Program-made: the position numbers and the translations under genes
Source of the DNA: Thalassobaculaceae bacterium
GTDB taxonomy: Bacteria; Pseudomonadota; Alphaproteobacteria; Thalassobaculales; Thalassobaculaceae
Assembly: GCA_965228875.1 (NCBI GenBank)
Contig: OZ245843.1
Coordinates: 1,408,616-1,472,615 of the forward strand
DNA: 64,000 nucleotides
Direction of reading: 5' to 3'
Shown: one piece after another, positions 18,981 to 28,506 of the stretch
Layout: each line of letters begins with the position of its first letter
Position numbering within the stretch: position 1 is the first letter of the stretch
The notes under the pieces: generated by a model
Told to the model about the DNA's origin: nothing
The model's input: the letters and a program-made list of their open reading frames with translations, nothing else
Databases searched by the model: none

Positions 18981-19835
18981 ATGAACGATATTCAGTCCTA
19001 TACGCCGCCGAAGGTCTGGACCTGGGACAAGGAGAACGGGGGGCGCTTCGCCAGCACCAATCGGCCGATCGCCGGTGCGACCCACGAGAAGGAGCTGCCG
19101 GTCGGCGAGCATGCGCTGCAGCTGTACTCCCTCGGCACGCCTAACGGCGTGAAGGTCACCATCATGCTCGAGGAACTGCTCGCGCTGGGTCACAGCGGCG
19201 CCGAATACGATGCCTGGATCATCAAGATCGGCGACGGCGACCAGTTCGGCAGCGGCTTCGTCGAGATCAACCCGAACTCCAAGATCCCGGCCCTGCTCGA
19301 CCGCAGCGTCGACAAACCGATCCGGCTGTTCGAGTCCGGCTCGATCCTGTTCTACCTGGCCGAGAAGTTCGGCGCGTTCCTGCCGACCGATCCGGCCGGC
19401 CGGGCGGAGACCATGAACTGGCTGTTCTGGCAGATGGGCAGCGCGCCGTACCTCGGCGGCGGTTTCGGGCACTTCTACGCCTACGCGCCGGAGAAGTGGG
19501 AGTACCCGATCAACCGCTTCGCCATGGAAACCAAGCGCCAGCTCGACGTGATGGAGCGTCAACTCGCCGAGCGCCGGTTCATCGCCGGCGACGACTACAC
19601 CATCGCCGATATCGCCATCTGGTCGTGGTATGGCCAGCTCGCCCAGGGCAAGCTGTACGACGCCGCCGAGTTCCTGGACGTCGCCTCCTACACCAACGTC
19701 CAGCGCTGGACCAACGAGATCGCCGAGCGCAAGGGCGTGAAGCGCGGACGGGTGGTCAACCGGGTCCGTGGCGAGGAGAACGAGAAGCTCGAAGAACGGC
19801 ACAGCGCCGCCGATATCGACAAGATGGGCCTGTAG
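18981..19835 (+). CDS. yghU: Glutathione-dependent disulfide-bond oxidoreductase (GST, YghU)
   Basis: YTPPKVWTW, NRPIAGATHEKELPVGEHALQLYSLGTPNGVKV and NPNSKIP. Confidence 0.93.
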   Translation: MNDIQSYTPPKVWTWDKENGGRFASTNRPIAGATHEKELPVGEHALQLYSLGTPNGVKVTIMLEELLALGHSGAEYDAWIIKIGDGDQFGSGFVEINPNSKIPALLDRSVDKPIRLFESGSILFYLAEKFGAFLPTDPAGRAETMNWLFWQMGSAPYLGGGFGHFYAYAPEKWEYPINRFAMETKRQLDVMERQLAERRFIAGDDYTIADIAIWSWYGQLAQGKLYDAAEFLDVASYTNVQRWTNEIAERKGVKRGRVVNRVRGEENEKLEERHSAADIDKMGL

Positions 19836-19863
19836 GCCGACGCGAACCGGATGCACTGTCGCG

Positions 19864-19889
19864 AGGGCCGCCCACGGGCGGCCCTTTTC
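19864..19889 (+). terminator. Rho-independent terminator after yghU
   Basis: AGGGCCGCCC-AC-GGGCGGCCCT followed by a T-run. Confidence 0.75.
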
Positions 19890-19927
19890 CTTGTCGGCGC
19901 GAATGCGGCCAGCAACCGGAGAACCCG

Positions 19928-20590
19928 ATGATCCTGCACTCGTCCTACACCTCGCCCTATGTGCGGAAGGTGAAGGTATTCCTGAGCGAAACCGGCCTCT
20001 GGCCTACCGTGCGCGAGGTCTACACCAACCCCGCCGACGAGACGGTCCTTCGCCCGCTGAACCCGCTCGGCAAGATCCCGGCCCTGGAACTGTCCGACGG
20101 TACGGCGCTCTACGACTCGCCGGTGATCTGCGCCTACCTGGACACCCGGCACGCGACCGCGCCGCGCATTCCCTCCTCCGGCCCGGAGCGTTGGCGGGTC
20201 CTGCGGGGTGAGGCCCTTGCCGACGGTCTGGCCGACGCCGCGAACCTGCGTCGCAACGAGGCGCTGCGGGAGCCGGAGAGCCTGATCTCCCGCGACTTCA
20301 TCGACCGACAGGACCTGGCGATCGCCCACGCTCTGCTGGCGCTCGACCGCGCGGCCGCAACGTGGGAGAGCGATCCCGAGCCGATGCTCGATCAGATCGC
20401 CGCCGCCGGTGCGGTCGGCTACATCGTCTTCAGATATGACGCGCTTGACTGGCGGCCGCACTGTCCGGCCCTGGCCGCGTGGTGGGACCGGTTCTCGCGT
20501 CGCGACAGCATGATGGCATCGACGCCGACGAACCCGCCCGGCCGCCCGGCGCCGCCCGCACAGCGCGTGCCTCAGGTCTGGCCGCTCTGA
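19928..20590 (+). CDS. Glutathione S-transferase family protein
   Basis: Motifs TSPYVRKV, NPLGKIPAL and LYDSPVICAYLD. ATG at 19928. Confidence 0.88.
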   Translation: MILHSSYTSPYVRKVKVFLSETGLWPTVREVYTNPADETVLRPLNPLGKIPALELSDGTALYDSPVICAYLDTRHATAPRIPSSGPERWRVLRGEALADGLADAANLRRNEALREPESLISRDFIDRQDLAIAHALLALDRAAATWESDPEPMLDQIAAAGAVGYIVFRYDALDWRPHCPALAAWWDRFSRRDSMMASTPTNPPGRPAPPAQRVPQVWPL

Positions 20591-20622
20591 TCCGCACCCC
20601 AAGAGAGAGACTGCTGCCAGCC

Positions 20623-20661
20623 AAAAGAAAAGCGGCGCCCCCGGATACCGGGGACGCCGCT
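20623..20661 (-). terminator. Rho-independent terminator of rplM-rpsI
   Basis: Minus strand AGCGGCGTCCCCGG-TAT-CCGGGGGCGCCGCT followed by TTTCTTTT. Confidence 0.85.
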
Positions 20662-20691
20662 GAATTGTATCGCTGGACGGTTCGTTCGACG

Positions 20692-21189
20692 TCAGCGCTT
20701 GGAGAACTGGAAGCTCCGGCGGGCTTTGGCCTTGCCGTACTTCTTGCGCTCGACCACGCGCGGGTCACGGGTCAGGAAGCCGCCCTTCTTCAGCACCGGA
20801 CGCAGTTCCGGCTCGAACAGGGTCAGCGCCTTGGAGATGCCGTGACGCACCGCGCCGGCCTGGCCGGACAGGCCGCCGCCGGTCACCGTGCAGTAGACGT
20901 CGAACTGGCCGGTACGCTCGGCCGCCTCGAAAGGCTGGTCGATGATCATCTGCAGCACCGGACGGGCGAAGTACTCGTTCGACGGCTTGCCGTTGACGGT
21001 GATCAGGCCCTGGCCGCGCTTCACCCACACGCGGGCGATCGCGTTCTTGCGCTTGCCGGTCGCGTAGGAGCGGCCCAGCTTGTCGATCTGCGGCTCCGCC
21101 GGCGCGGCCTCGGTCTCCGCCTGCAGCTCGGCCAGCTTGTCGAGGCCCTGGGCCTCTTCGGTCGACGCGGTCTCGGTTTCCATCGACAT
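20692..21189 (-). CDS. rpsI: 30S ribosomal protein S9
   Basis: [26 protein letters not shown] and C-terminal [25 protein letters not shown]. Confidence 0.98.
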   Translation of the reverse strand: MSMETETASTEEAQGLDKLAELQAETEAAPAEPQIDKLGRSYATGKRKNAIARVWVKRGQGLITVNGKPSNEYFARPVLQMIIDQPFEAAERTGQFDVYCTVTGGGLSGQAGAVRHGISKALTLFEPELRPVLKKGGFLTRDPRVVERKKYGKAKARRSFQFSKR

Positions 21190-21192
21190 CGC

Positions 21193-21651
21193 TTACCTCG
21201 CGTTCTTCGGGTTCATGGCCGCGACGTCCAGCACCTCAGGCTGCTGCGCCTCGTGCGGGTGCTGCGGGCCTGCGTAGACGCGCAGATTGGACATCTGCTG
21301 CCGGCCGAGCGGGCCGCGGGTGATCATCCGCTGCACCGCCTTGGTGATCACGCGCTCGGGATGCGCGCCGCCCAGCACCTGGTCGGCACGGCGCGACTTG
21401 ATGCCGCCCGGATGACCGGTGTGCCAGTAGTAGTGCTTCTGCGTCAGCTTGTTGCCGGTCAGCTTGACCTTCTCGGCATTGACGACGATGACGTTGTCAC
21501 CGCAGTCCATATGCGGGGTGAAGGTCGGCTTGTGCTTGCCGCGCAGGTACTTGGCGACGATCGAGGCGAGCCGGCCGAGGACGAGCCCTTCGGCATCGAC
21601 CACCACCCACTTCTTCTCGATCTCGCTCGGCTTGGCCGAATAGGTCCGCAT
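21193..21651 (-). CDS. rplM: 50S ribosomal protein L13
   Basis: [40 protein letters not shown] and [11 protein letters not shown] at 21651. Confidence 0.98.
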   Translation of the reverse strand: MRTYSAKPSEIEKKWVVVDAEGLVLGRLASIVAKYLRGKHKPTFTPHMDCGDNVIVVNAEKVKLTGNKLTQKHYYWHTGHPGGIKSRRADQVLGGAHPERVITKAVQRMITRGPLGRQQMSNLRVYAGPQHPHEAQQPEVLDVAAMNPKNAR

Positions 21652-21767
21652 GACGGTCCCCTCGCTCGATCGGCGCCGCCTCTGCCTCCGGGGAGGGAGA
21701 CGCGGAGCCCGGTTCATGGAAATCGGGTGCCGGGACGGGGCATGGCCCCACTCCCGACGGAGCGCGG

Positions 21768-21796
21768 GTTATGCCGCGCCTCCGACATGGAATCAA
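21768..21796 (-). promoter_or_regulatory. Sigma70-type promoter of rplM-rpsI
   Basis: Minus strand TTGATT-N17-CATAAC. Confidence 0.65.
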
Positions 21797-21831
21797 GCGA
21801 AAAAACGCCGAAATATCAGTGCGCTTGCGGG

Positions 21832-21851
21832 TGCGGTATTATAATACCTCA
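21832..21851. promoter_or_regulatory. Palindromic operator-like site upstream of rplM promoter
   Basis: TGcGGTATTATAATACCtCA, with a perfect 14-bp core at 21835-21848. Confidence 0.55.
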
Positions 21852-22735
21852 ACCCTAAACCTCAACGTGACCGACAATTCCTCCCCTGCGGCGAGAAGTC
21901 GGTGCCCGGTACCCGCAAGCCCCTGATTCTCCGACAGGTTGGCGGCGTCGATGGCATGGGTGACCGGCTCGACGCAGAAGTAGTCGCGGTGTGTCGGCGT
22001 GTAGACGATCAGATGGTCGAGTGGGCCCTCTCCGCTCATTGTGAGGGCCAAACCCTGCTCCGGCCAGGCGATCCGCACCGGCGCTGACCAGCCTCCGAAG
22101 CCCTGATCCAGCCCCATCGGTACCGGCCCGGGTTCGCGACGGTCGAGCGTTGGCGAGACCGGCTGACCGCCGGCGACCGGGAACTTGTCCGCCTCCGTCG
22201 GCGGCCAGGACGTCTCGACTGGCAGCGTCAGGCGGGTTCCCGCGGTCCGCGGGAAATAGGGATGCAGCCCCAGTCCGACCGGCATCGCTCCCTCCCCGGC
22301 ATTAGCGACCGCGAGCGTGACGGTCATCCCGTCGTCATCCACCGACACGACCTGCGACGCCCTGTAGGGCCACGGCCAGCCCTCGGCGCCGGCGGCGTGG
22401 GCGTAGTGCAGGCGAGCCCGCGTGCCGTCCCCCTCGGCCATCCAGGCGCGGCGCAGCCCGTGGCCGTGAATCGCGTGTCCCGCCGACGGCTCCGTCACCG
22501 GCAGGGTCAGGGTGTCGTCGCCGAATGTGAGCCGGGCATCGCGGATCCGGTTGGACCACGGCACGAGCGGGAAGCAGCCGCAGGAGGCCGGCGCGGCGAG
22601 GTCGCGCGACCCGTCTGCCGGCACCGGTGCGAACACGTCCGTCCCGCCGTGGCGGAAGGCGGTGATACGGCCGCCGAACGCCGGCTCCACGACGGCGCTG
22701 ACGGCGCCCGCATTCAGGGTGATTGGCGCGCTCAT
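21839..22735 (-). CDS. Aldose 1-epimerase family protein
   Basis: Motifs FPLVPWSNRI, HAIHGHG, GLGLHPYF and YFCVEPVTH. Confidence 0.9.
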   Translation of the reverse strand: MSAPITLNAGAVSAVVEPAFGGRITAFRHGGTDVFAPVPADGSRDLAAPASCGCFPLVPWSNRIRDARLTFGDDTLTLPVTEPSAGHAIHGHGLRRAWMAEGDGTRARLHYAHAAGAEGWPWPYRASQVVSVDDDGMTVTLAVANAGEGAMPVGLGLHPYFPRTAGTRLTLPVETSWPPTEADKFPVAGGQPVSPTLDRREPGPVPMGLDQGFGGWSAPVRIAWPEQGLALTMSGEGPLDHLIVYTPTHRDYFCVEPVTHAIDAANLSENQGLAGTGHRLLAAGEELSVTLRFRVEVL

Positions 22736-23175
22736 CGCTCGGCGGGTCGCTCCTCTGTCGGCGGAATGGAATAGGTGCCGGTCACATGACAGACCGGATC
22801 GTCCTCGCGTCCATCAATATGCAGCAGCACCTCCCCGTAGGCGAGCCGCTGACCGCACTTGATCAGGGTGCCGACCGCCATCAGGTCGCCCGGTTTCGGA
22901 CGACGCAGGAAGTTCGCAGTCAGGCTGGTCGTCACGGCGAGCTTGACCATGCCGATGCGCGACAGCACCACGGCGTAGAGCACCGCGTCCGCCAGTCCCA
23001 TCATCGCCGGGCCGTTGATCGTGCCGCCCGGACGCAGCAGGACATCGGAATAGGGCAGCCGGGCGACCACCCGACCGTCGGCGATCTCCTCGAAGCGGGC
23101 GCCGAGATTGCCCATGAAGGACAGGTCCTCCTCCAGCACCCGGTTCATCTCGGCGACCGACACCATTGCCGTCAT
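22732..23175 (-). CDS. PaaI family thioesterase
   Basis: Hot-dog fold motifs LRPGGTINGPAMMGLAD and LAVTTSLTANFLR. Confidence 0.9.
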   Translation of the reverse strand: MTAMVSVAEMNRVLEEDLSFMGNLGARFEEIADGRVVARLPYSDVLLRPGGTINGPAMMGLADAVLYAVVLSRIGMVKLAVTTSLTANFLRRPKPGDLMAVGTLIKCGQRLAYGEVLLHIDGREDDPVCHVTGTYSIPPTEERPAER

Positions 23176-23245
23176 GGCACTTCCTCCCCTTATCGCCACC
23201 CGCTACCGTCGCCCGCCGAACGACAGGCCAACGAGAGGGAGCCCC

Positions 23246-24352
23246 ATGAGCCACCTGTTCACGCCGATCAAGATGCGCGACGTCACGTTGCCGAACCGGA
23301 TCGTAGTGGCACCGATGTGTCAGTACATCTCCGAGGACGGAAATGCCAACGACTGGCACCTGATGCATCTGGGCCAGTTCGCCATGGGGGCCGGCGGCCT
23401 GGTCATCACCGAGGCGACCCATGTCTCGCCCGAGGGCCGCATTACGCCGAAATGCCTCGGACTCTGGTCGGACGAGAACGAGCGGACGCTGAAGCGGGTC
23501 GTCGACTTCTGCCACACCCACGGCACCGCGGTGATGGGCATCCAGATCGCCCATGCCGGTCGCAAGGCCTCCAACCGCACGCCGCTGAACGGCGGCGGAG
23601 CGCTGCAGGCGGACGAGAATCCGTGGCAGACCCTGGGCCCGTCGGACCGCGCCTATGGCGACTGGCCGGCCCCGAAGGCGCTGGACGCCGACGGTCTGGA
23701 GAGGGTGAAGGCCCAGTTCGTCGCCACCACCGAGCGGGCGGTGCGGGTCGGCTTCGAGGTCGCCGAGGTCCACGGCGCCCACGGCTACCTCCTGCATCAG
23801 TTCCTGTCGCCCCTGGCCAATACGCGCAACGACGACTATGGCGGCTCGATCGAGGGGCGGATGCGCTTCCCGCTGGAGGTGTTCCGCGCGTGCAGGGCGG
23901 TCTGGCCGGAGGACAAGCCCATGGGCATGCGCCTGTCGGCGACCGACTGGGTCGAGGGCGGACTGACCGTCGAGGAAACGGTCGAGGTCGCCAAGGCGCT
24001 GAAGGAGGCCGGCTGCGACTTCATCGACGTCAGCTCCGGCGGGATGGACCCGGCCCAGAAGATCACCGTCGGTCCGGGCTACCAGGTGCCGTTCGCCGAA
24101 ACCGTCCGCGCCGAGGCCGGCATTCCCGTCATGGCGGTCGGCATGATCACCGGGGCGACCCAGGCAGAGGAGATCGTGGCGACCGGAAAGGCGGACATGA
24201 TCGCCGTCGCCCGCGGCGCCATGGACGACCCGCACTGGGCCTGGCACGCGGCCCAGACCCTCAACGTGAAGATCGAATACCCCGATCAGTACGTTCGCTG
24301 CCGACCGGACATCTGGCGCGCCGGCCACGGGTCTTTCGTGCCGAAGCGGTAG
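23246..24352 (+). CDS. NADH:flavin oxidoreductase (old yellow enzyme, NamA-like)
   Basis: Motifs NRIVVAPMCQY, QIAHAGRKAS, EVHGAHGYLLHQFLSP and PGYQVPFA. ATG at 23246. Confidence 0.93.
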   Translation: MSHLFTPIKMRDVTLPNRIVVAPMCQYISEDGNANDWHLMHLGQFAMGAGGLVITEATHVSPEGRITPKCLGLWSDENERTLKRVVDFCHTHGTAVMGIQIAHAGRKASNRTPLNGGGALQADENPWQTLGPSDRAYGDWPAPKALDADGLERVKAQFVATTERAVRVGFEVAEVHGAHGYLLHQFLSPLANTRNDDYGGSIEGRMRFPLEVFRACRAVWPEDKPMGMRLSATDWVEGGLTVEETVEVAKALKEAGCDFIDVSSGGMDPAQKITVGPGYQVPFAETVRAEAGIPVMAVGMITGATQAEEIVATGKADMIAVARGAMDDPHWAWHAAQTLNVKIEYPDQYVRCRPDIWRAGHGSFVPKR

Positions 24353-24364
24353 CCCGACGGGCGG

Positions 24365-26701
24365 TCAGGCGGCGCGCAGGAGCGGATCGCTCTCCGGCAA
24401 CGGCTGAACGAAGGTCAGTCTGGCCGCGCCGCCTTCTGCCTCGACAATGGTCGCCTCGACCGGCGTGCGACCGGGGAATTCCAGGCGGCAGGGCTGGCCC
24501 GCCCGCAGGGCGTGGCCGCCTGCCACGCGGGCGCCGCCGGTCGAGATATCGCCAACGGTCACCTCGTGGGTGAGATCGGCCGCCGTCAGGCGCGCGCGCA
24601 TGCCGTCAAGCTGGACGCGCGGAGCCCGTCGCCGGTCGACGTCCTTGTCGGACGTGCGGATGATCTCGTTCAGCTGGTGCTGCAGAGTCTCGATCAGATC
24701 GAACACCTCCTGCGTCGAGGTCACGTTGGTCTGGGCGATCTGGCGGGTGCTCTGCGCTTCATTGGACACGCGGGCGATCGACTGCGCCACCTCGCGCGAC
24801 GCGTCGGTCGACTGGTGGACGTTCTCCGAGATCTCGCTGGTCACGGTCGACTGGTCGTCGATCGCTGTACTGACCGCCTCGGAGATCGTGGCCATCCGCT
24901 CGATCACCTGGTTGATCTCGCCGATCGCCGCCACGCTGCTCCTCATGGCCTGCACCATGTCCTCGACCTGTTGGCGGATATCGTCGGTCGCCTGGCCAGT
25001 CTGGGTCGCCAGGCTCTTCACCTCGTTGGCGACCACCGCGAAGCCCTTGCCGGCATCGCCGGCGCGGGCCGCCTCGATCGTCGCGTTCAGCGCCAGAAGG
25101 TTCGTCTGTTCGGCGATCCCCTGGATCAGGGTCACGACCTCCTCGATCCTGGACGCAGCACTGTTGAGACCATCGACGGTGTGGCGGGTCTGTTCGGCGG
25201 AGGCCTTCGCTTCCTGGGCGATGACACGCTGTTCGCCGACCTGCTGACGGATGTCGGCGGCCGAATGGTTCAGCCGGTCCGTCGCCCCGGCCATGGCCTC
25301 GGAGTTGCGCAGCGACTCCTCCGCCGCGGCGGCCACCCCTTCCGCCTCCTCGCTGACCTTGAGGGAGGACTGGCTCACGTCGTCCGAGGACTCGACCAGT
25401 CCCTTGGTGATCGGCAGCACCTTCGCGACAACGGCCTCAGTGGCGGACTCGATGGTGTCGGCCAGGTTCATCAGGGCCTGTCGCCGTTGCTCTTCGGCCT
25501 GTTCTCGATGCTCTTCGGCCTCGGCCTGCAACCGGCGCTGGGACTCCAGGGCCTCGACGAAGGTGAAGGCGCTCAGGTTGAGGTCCCTCACCTCGCGGCC
25601 GCCGCCCGAGTTCCGCTCGAACACCACATCGGTCTCGCCCTGGGTCAGCCGGGTCAGGCCGGAGGACACGGCCAGCAGCGGTTTCAGCGTTGCCCGGCTG
25701 ACGATCCAGCAGACGCTCAGAGAGGCGAGCAGAATCGCCGCCTGGATCGCCAGAATGACCGTCAGGTTCGAGACCTGTTCGGCCGACTTGCTGTCGTTCG
25801 CCTTGAGCGCGTCGTCGGACAGTCGGTGATAGAATCTGTGAAGCGCGTCAATGCGCGTCGTGGCCACGTCGAACCAGTCCGATGCCTTCACATCTCCGGT
25901 GTCCCTGGTACCGGCAAGGTCGAGAAGCACGGCCTGGAGGTCCCGGTACCGGTCGAATGCTGCGTCGCCGATCACGGCTCTCCAGTCGGCGGCCTCCTCC
26001 GTGGTCAGGAAGCTCTGAATCTCGTCCAGATACGCCGACTGGGCGCCGACCAGCGAGACGAAGACACGATGGCGAACGGTCGGGAACGGATCCATCGACG
26101 CGTTGAACAACGCGGCCCCGTTGGCACGCTCGAGGCCCGCCTTTTCCTTGGCCCAGCCGAGGGCCCGCATCGCCGCCAGGTGCTTGGTGATCTCGCCGTC
26201 GGGGCTCATTTCCTCGATGATGACCGGCGTGTTGAGCAGATCGGCAATGATCGCAGAGTAGTATTTGAGGTGTTCCGGGATACCGACCGAGAGCGCATCC
26301 ACTTTCTTTCGATGCGCGGCGAGTTGTTCCAGAGAACCATTCGCCTTGGCGAGAAACCCGCGAAGTCTCTGGGTTTCCGGAGCGTCACTCAGCGCGGACA
26401 GTGTGTCGCGGTACTTGAGCAGGGCGGCGTCCGTCAGGGTCCGCTGATCGGCAACCCGGCTCTTGAACGCGTCCGCTCCTTGGCTGGAGAGATAGCCGAC
26501 CGTTCCGCCGCGCTCCTTCTGGAGTTCGTGAACCAGATCGCCGCCGACGGTCGCCAGGGAGATCATGGGATGGATCGTCTCGAGATCGCGGTAGGTCGAG
26601 TACTGTTCATACGCGATCTCGGCGGTGGCGACGGCGATCCCGACTATCGGGACCAGGGCGATCACCAGCATTCTGCTGCGCAGACTGTCGAACAAGCTCA
26701 C
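24365..26701 (-). CDS. Methyl-accepting chemotaxis protein with NIT sensor domain and C-terminal PilZ domain
   Basis: NIT motifs [10 protein letters not shown] and KEKAGLERA. Signalling core [34 protein letters not shown]. PilZ motifs RRRAPR and DISTGG. GTG start with GGGGGAG RBS. Confidence 0.92.
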   Translation of the reverse strand: MSLFDSLRSRMLVIALVPIVGIAVATAEIAYEQYSTYRDLETIHPMISLATVGGDLVHELQKERGGTVGYLSSQGADAFKSRVADQRTLTDAALLKYRDTLSALSDAPETQRLRGFLAKANGSLEQLAAHRKKVDALSVGIPEHLKYYSAIIADLLNTPVIIEEMSPDGEITKHLAAMRALGWAKEKAGLERANGAALFNASMDPFPTVRHRVFVSLVGAQSAYLDEIQSFLTTEEAADWRAVIGDAAFDRYRDLQAVLLDLAGTRDTGDVKASDWFDVATTRIDALHRFYHRLSDDALKANDSKSAEQVSNLTVILAIQAAILLASLSVCWIVSRATLKPLLAVSSGLTRLTQGETDVVFERNSGGGREVRDLNLSAFTFVEALESQRRLQAEAEEHREQAEEQRRQALMNLADTIESATEAVVAKVLPITKGLVESSDDVSQSSLKVSEEAEGVAAAAEESLRNSEAMAGATDRLNHSAADIRQQVGEQRVIAQEAKASAEQTRHTVDGLNSAASRIEEVVTLIQGIAEQTNLLALNATIEAARAGDAGKGFAVVANEVKSLATQTGQATDDIRQQVEDMVQAMRSSVAAIGEINQVIERMATISEAVSTAIDDQSTVTSEISENVHQSTDASREVAQSIARVSNEAQSTRQIAQTNVTSTQEVFDLIETLQHQLNEIIRTSDKDVDRRRAPRVQLDGMRARLTAADLTHEVTVGDISTGGARVAGGHALRAGQPCRLEFPGRTPVEATIVEAEGGAARLTFVQPLPESDPLLRAA

Positions 26702-26717
26702 GAAGCTCCCCCTTTGA

Positions 26718-26833
26718 CTAGAGCCACTCCCGATCAGATGGAAACGTCCGATCGTGTGAAGTTGCTCTATCTTTAGTGACTTAGAGGGCGATCCACGGTT
26801 CAGGTCGATTCAACCTGAACCGATCGCTCTCTA
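26718..26833. repeat. CIR/BRU-RS/RIME-like two-arm palindromic intergenic element
   Basis: Arm 1 CTAGAGC...GCTCTA (26718-26769), then a 12-bp linker, then arm 2 TAGAGGGCGATC...GATCGCTCTCTA (26782-26833) with GANTC at its hairpin apex. Confidence 0.7.
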
Positions 26834-26873
26834 CGACCGCGTCCAGACCAGCGGGGAAACTCTGTTCACAAAC

Positions 26874-26890
26874 GGTAAAGTATTCCTTAA
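26874..26890 (-). promoter_or_regulatory. CtrA-like binding site upstream of the chemoreceptor gene
   Basis: Minus strand TTAA-GGAATAC-TTTACC versus consensus TTAA-N7-TTAAC. Confidence 0.55.
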
Positions 26891-26913
26891 TCGGCTGCCG
26901 AGGGTCCCTGGGC

Positions 26914-27576
26914 TCACAGGGAAAGCCGAAGGAGATCCGGCAGTGCCGCCATGTCGTCGAAGGTGACGTGCGCGCCGGCCTCGGCCAAGCGTTCCATACC
27001 GGAGTCCCGACCGTACCCGAACACCCGCATTCCCGCCGCCACGCCCGCACGAACCCCGGGCGGGCTGTCCTCGACCACCGCGACGTCGCCCGGCGGAACG
27101 TCGAAGCTCGCCGCGGCGTGCAGGAACAGGTCGGGCGCTGGCTTCGGCTCCGGCACCATGTCGGCCGAGAAGATGCGGTGCTCCAGGCGCTCGAACAGCC
27201 CGGTCACGCCGAGCGACACATCCATCTTGTACAGAGGCCCGTTCGAGCCGACGCAGTACTGAACGCCCGCCAGATCGAGAGCGTCCAGCGCCTCGAAGAT
27301 CCCCGGGATCGCCTTCAGTTCGGCACGGAAGGCCGCGAACTGCTTCTCGTAGATGCCCTCGACCCAGCCCTCGCCGAGCGGGATCCCGAGCTCCTCCTCG
27401 ACCTTGATCTTGATGCGCGTGAGTTTGCCGCCGAGAAACTCGTGCAGCGCCTGGCCACCGCTCGTCTCCAGACCGGCGCGGGTCAGCGCCTCCGCGATGA
27501 TGCGTGTGGCGATCGGTTCGCTGTCGACCAGCACGCCGTCGCAGTCGAAGATCACAAGCGCCGGCTTCCAGGCCAC
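26914..27576 (-). CDS. HAD family hydrolase
   Basis: Motifs FDCDGVLVDSE, KPAPDLF and VVEDSPPG. Confidence 0.92.
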   Translation of the reverse strand: MAWKPALVIFDCDGVLVDSEPIATRIIAEALTRAGLETSGGQALHEFLGGKLTRIKIKVEEELGIPLGEGWVEGIYEKQFAAFRAELKAIPGIFEALDALDLAGVQYCVGSNGPLYKMDVSLGVTGLFERLEHRIFSADMVPEPKPAPDLFLHAAASFDVPPGDVAVVEDSPPGVRAGVAAGMRVFGYGRDSGMERLAEAGAHVTFDDMAALPDLLRLSL

Positions 27577-27588
27577 GGCCGCCTCCGG

Positions 27589-28398
27589 TTACAGGGTTTT
27601 CGCGAAGTCCAGCAACGCCTCGGTGAAGGCGGCCGGTCGCTCGATCGGGATCAGATGGCCGGCGTCGGGAAAGTCGACGCGCGTGGTCGTCGGGATCCGG
27701 GCGGACAGCTCGTCGACATCGCCGGCGACGTAGAACACCCGGTCATGTAGGCCGACCATGATCTGCGCCGGAACCTTCAGGGTCTCCCAGGGAAAGTCCC
27801 AGTCCGTCGCAACCGACTCCACCATCAGCCGGTAGCCGCCATCGGCCGGATCGATCGGTGCGTAGGGCGCGCCGGTCTGCACGTCCGCCCGCATCCTGGC
27901 GAGCTGGTCCGGATTGACCAGCATCGGCAGGCTGAGTTCCATGATCAGTCGAAATCCGCCGGCCGCGACACCGTGCGCCATGGCGGTGTTGATCCAGTTC
28001 AACCGCTCGGTCGGCTTGCGCAGGGTGTTGATCAGCACGATCCCGTCGGCCGCCGTTCCCTTCGCATAGGCCTGGGCGGCGAAGAGGCCGCCGATCGACA
28101 GGCCGACCAGCACCGGCCGGACGGGCCCGACCTCGGCGCACAGCCGATGCAGATCGTCGACGATCTGGGTCGGCGTCGGCTTCGTCGTCGGCTCGGTGCG
28201 GCTCTGGGCCTGGCCTCGGAAATTGTAGACGAGCGTGCCGTGACCAGCCGAGCGGAGGGCCGGCGCGATCTCCGCCTCCCACATCGTGTAGCTGCCGGTC
28301 AGCGCATTGACGAACACGAAGGTCCGGCCCGCCGGATCGGATGGCGCCCGATGCTCGTAGTACAGGCTCTCGCCGTCGGCGATCTCGAGATGCGGCAT
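27589..28398 (-). CDS. Alpha/beta fold hydrolase
   Basis: Motifs FVNAL, YNFRGQ, GLSIGG, GLHD and AGHLIP. Confidence 0.88.
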   Translation of the reverse strand: MPHLEIADGESLYYEHRAPSDPAGRTFVFVNALTGSYTMWEAEIAPALRSAGHGTLVYNFRGQAQSRTEPTTKPTPTQIVDDLHRLCAEVGPVRPVLVGLSIGGLFAAQAYAKGTAADGIVLINTLRKPTERLNWINTAMAHGVAAGGFRLIMELSLPMLVNPDQLARMRADVQTGAPYAPIDPADGGYRLMVESVATDWDFPWETLKVPAQIMVGLHDRVFYVAGDVDELSARIPTTTRVDFPDAGHLIPIERPAAFTEALLDFAKTL

Positions 28399-28506
28399 TC
28401 TGAACCTCCCGGAAGCTTTTCCAGAGTCGGTAGCGCGCGGCGGGAAATGCCGTCAACGCGAGAATAGCATCTAGCCCTCTGCCGCCATGCCCCTTAAGCG
28501 AGAGGC

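Noticed and set aside
19496..20590. Apparent 364-aa ORF suggesting a yghU-GST fusion or frameshift
   Set aside because: yghU ends normally at 19835 and is followed by a terminator. The second GST starts at ATG 19928.
24512..26776. 754-aa ORF on the + strand
   Set aside because: Antisense shadow of the chemoreceptor gene.
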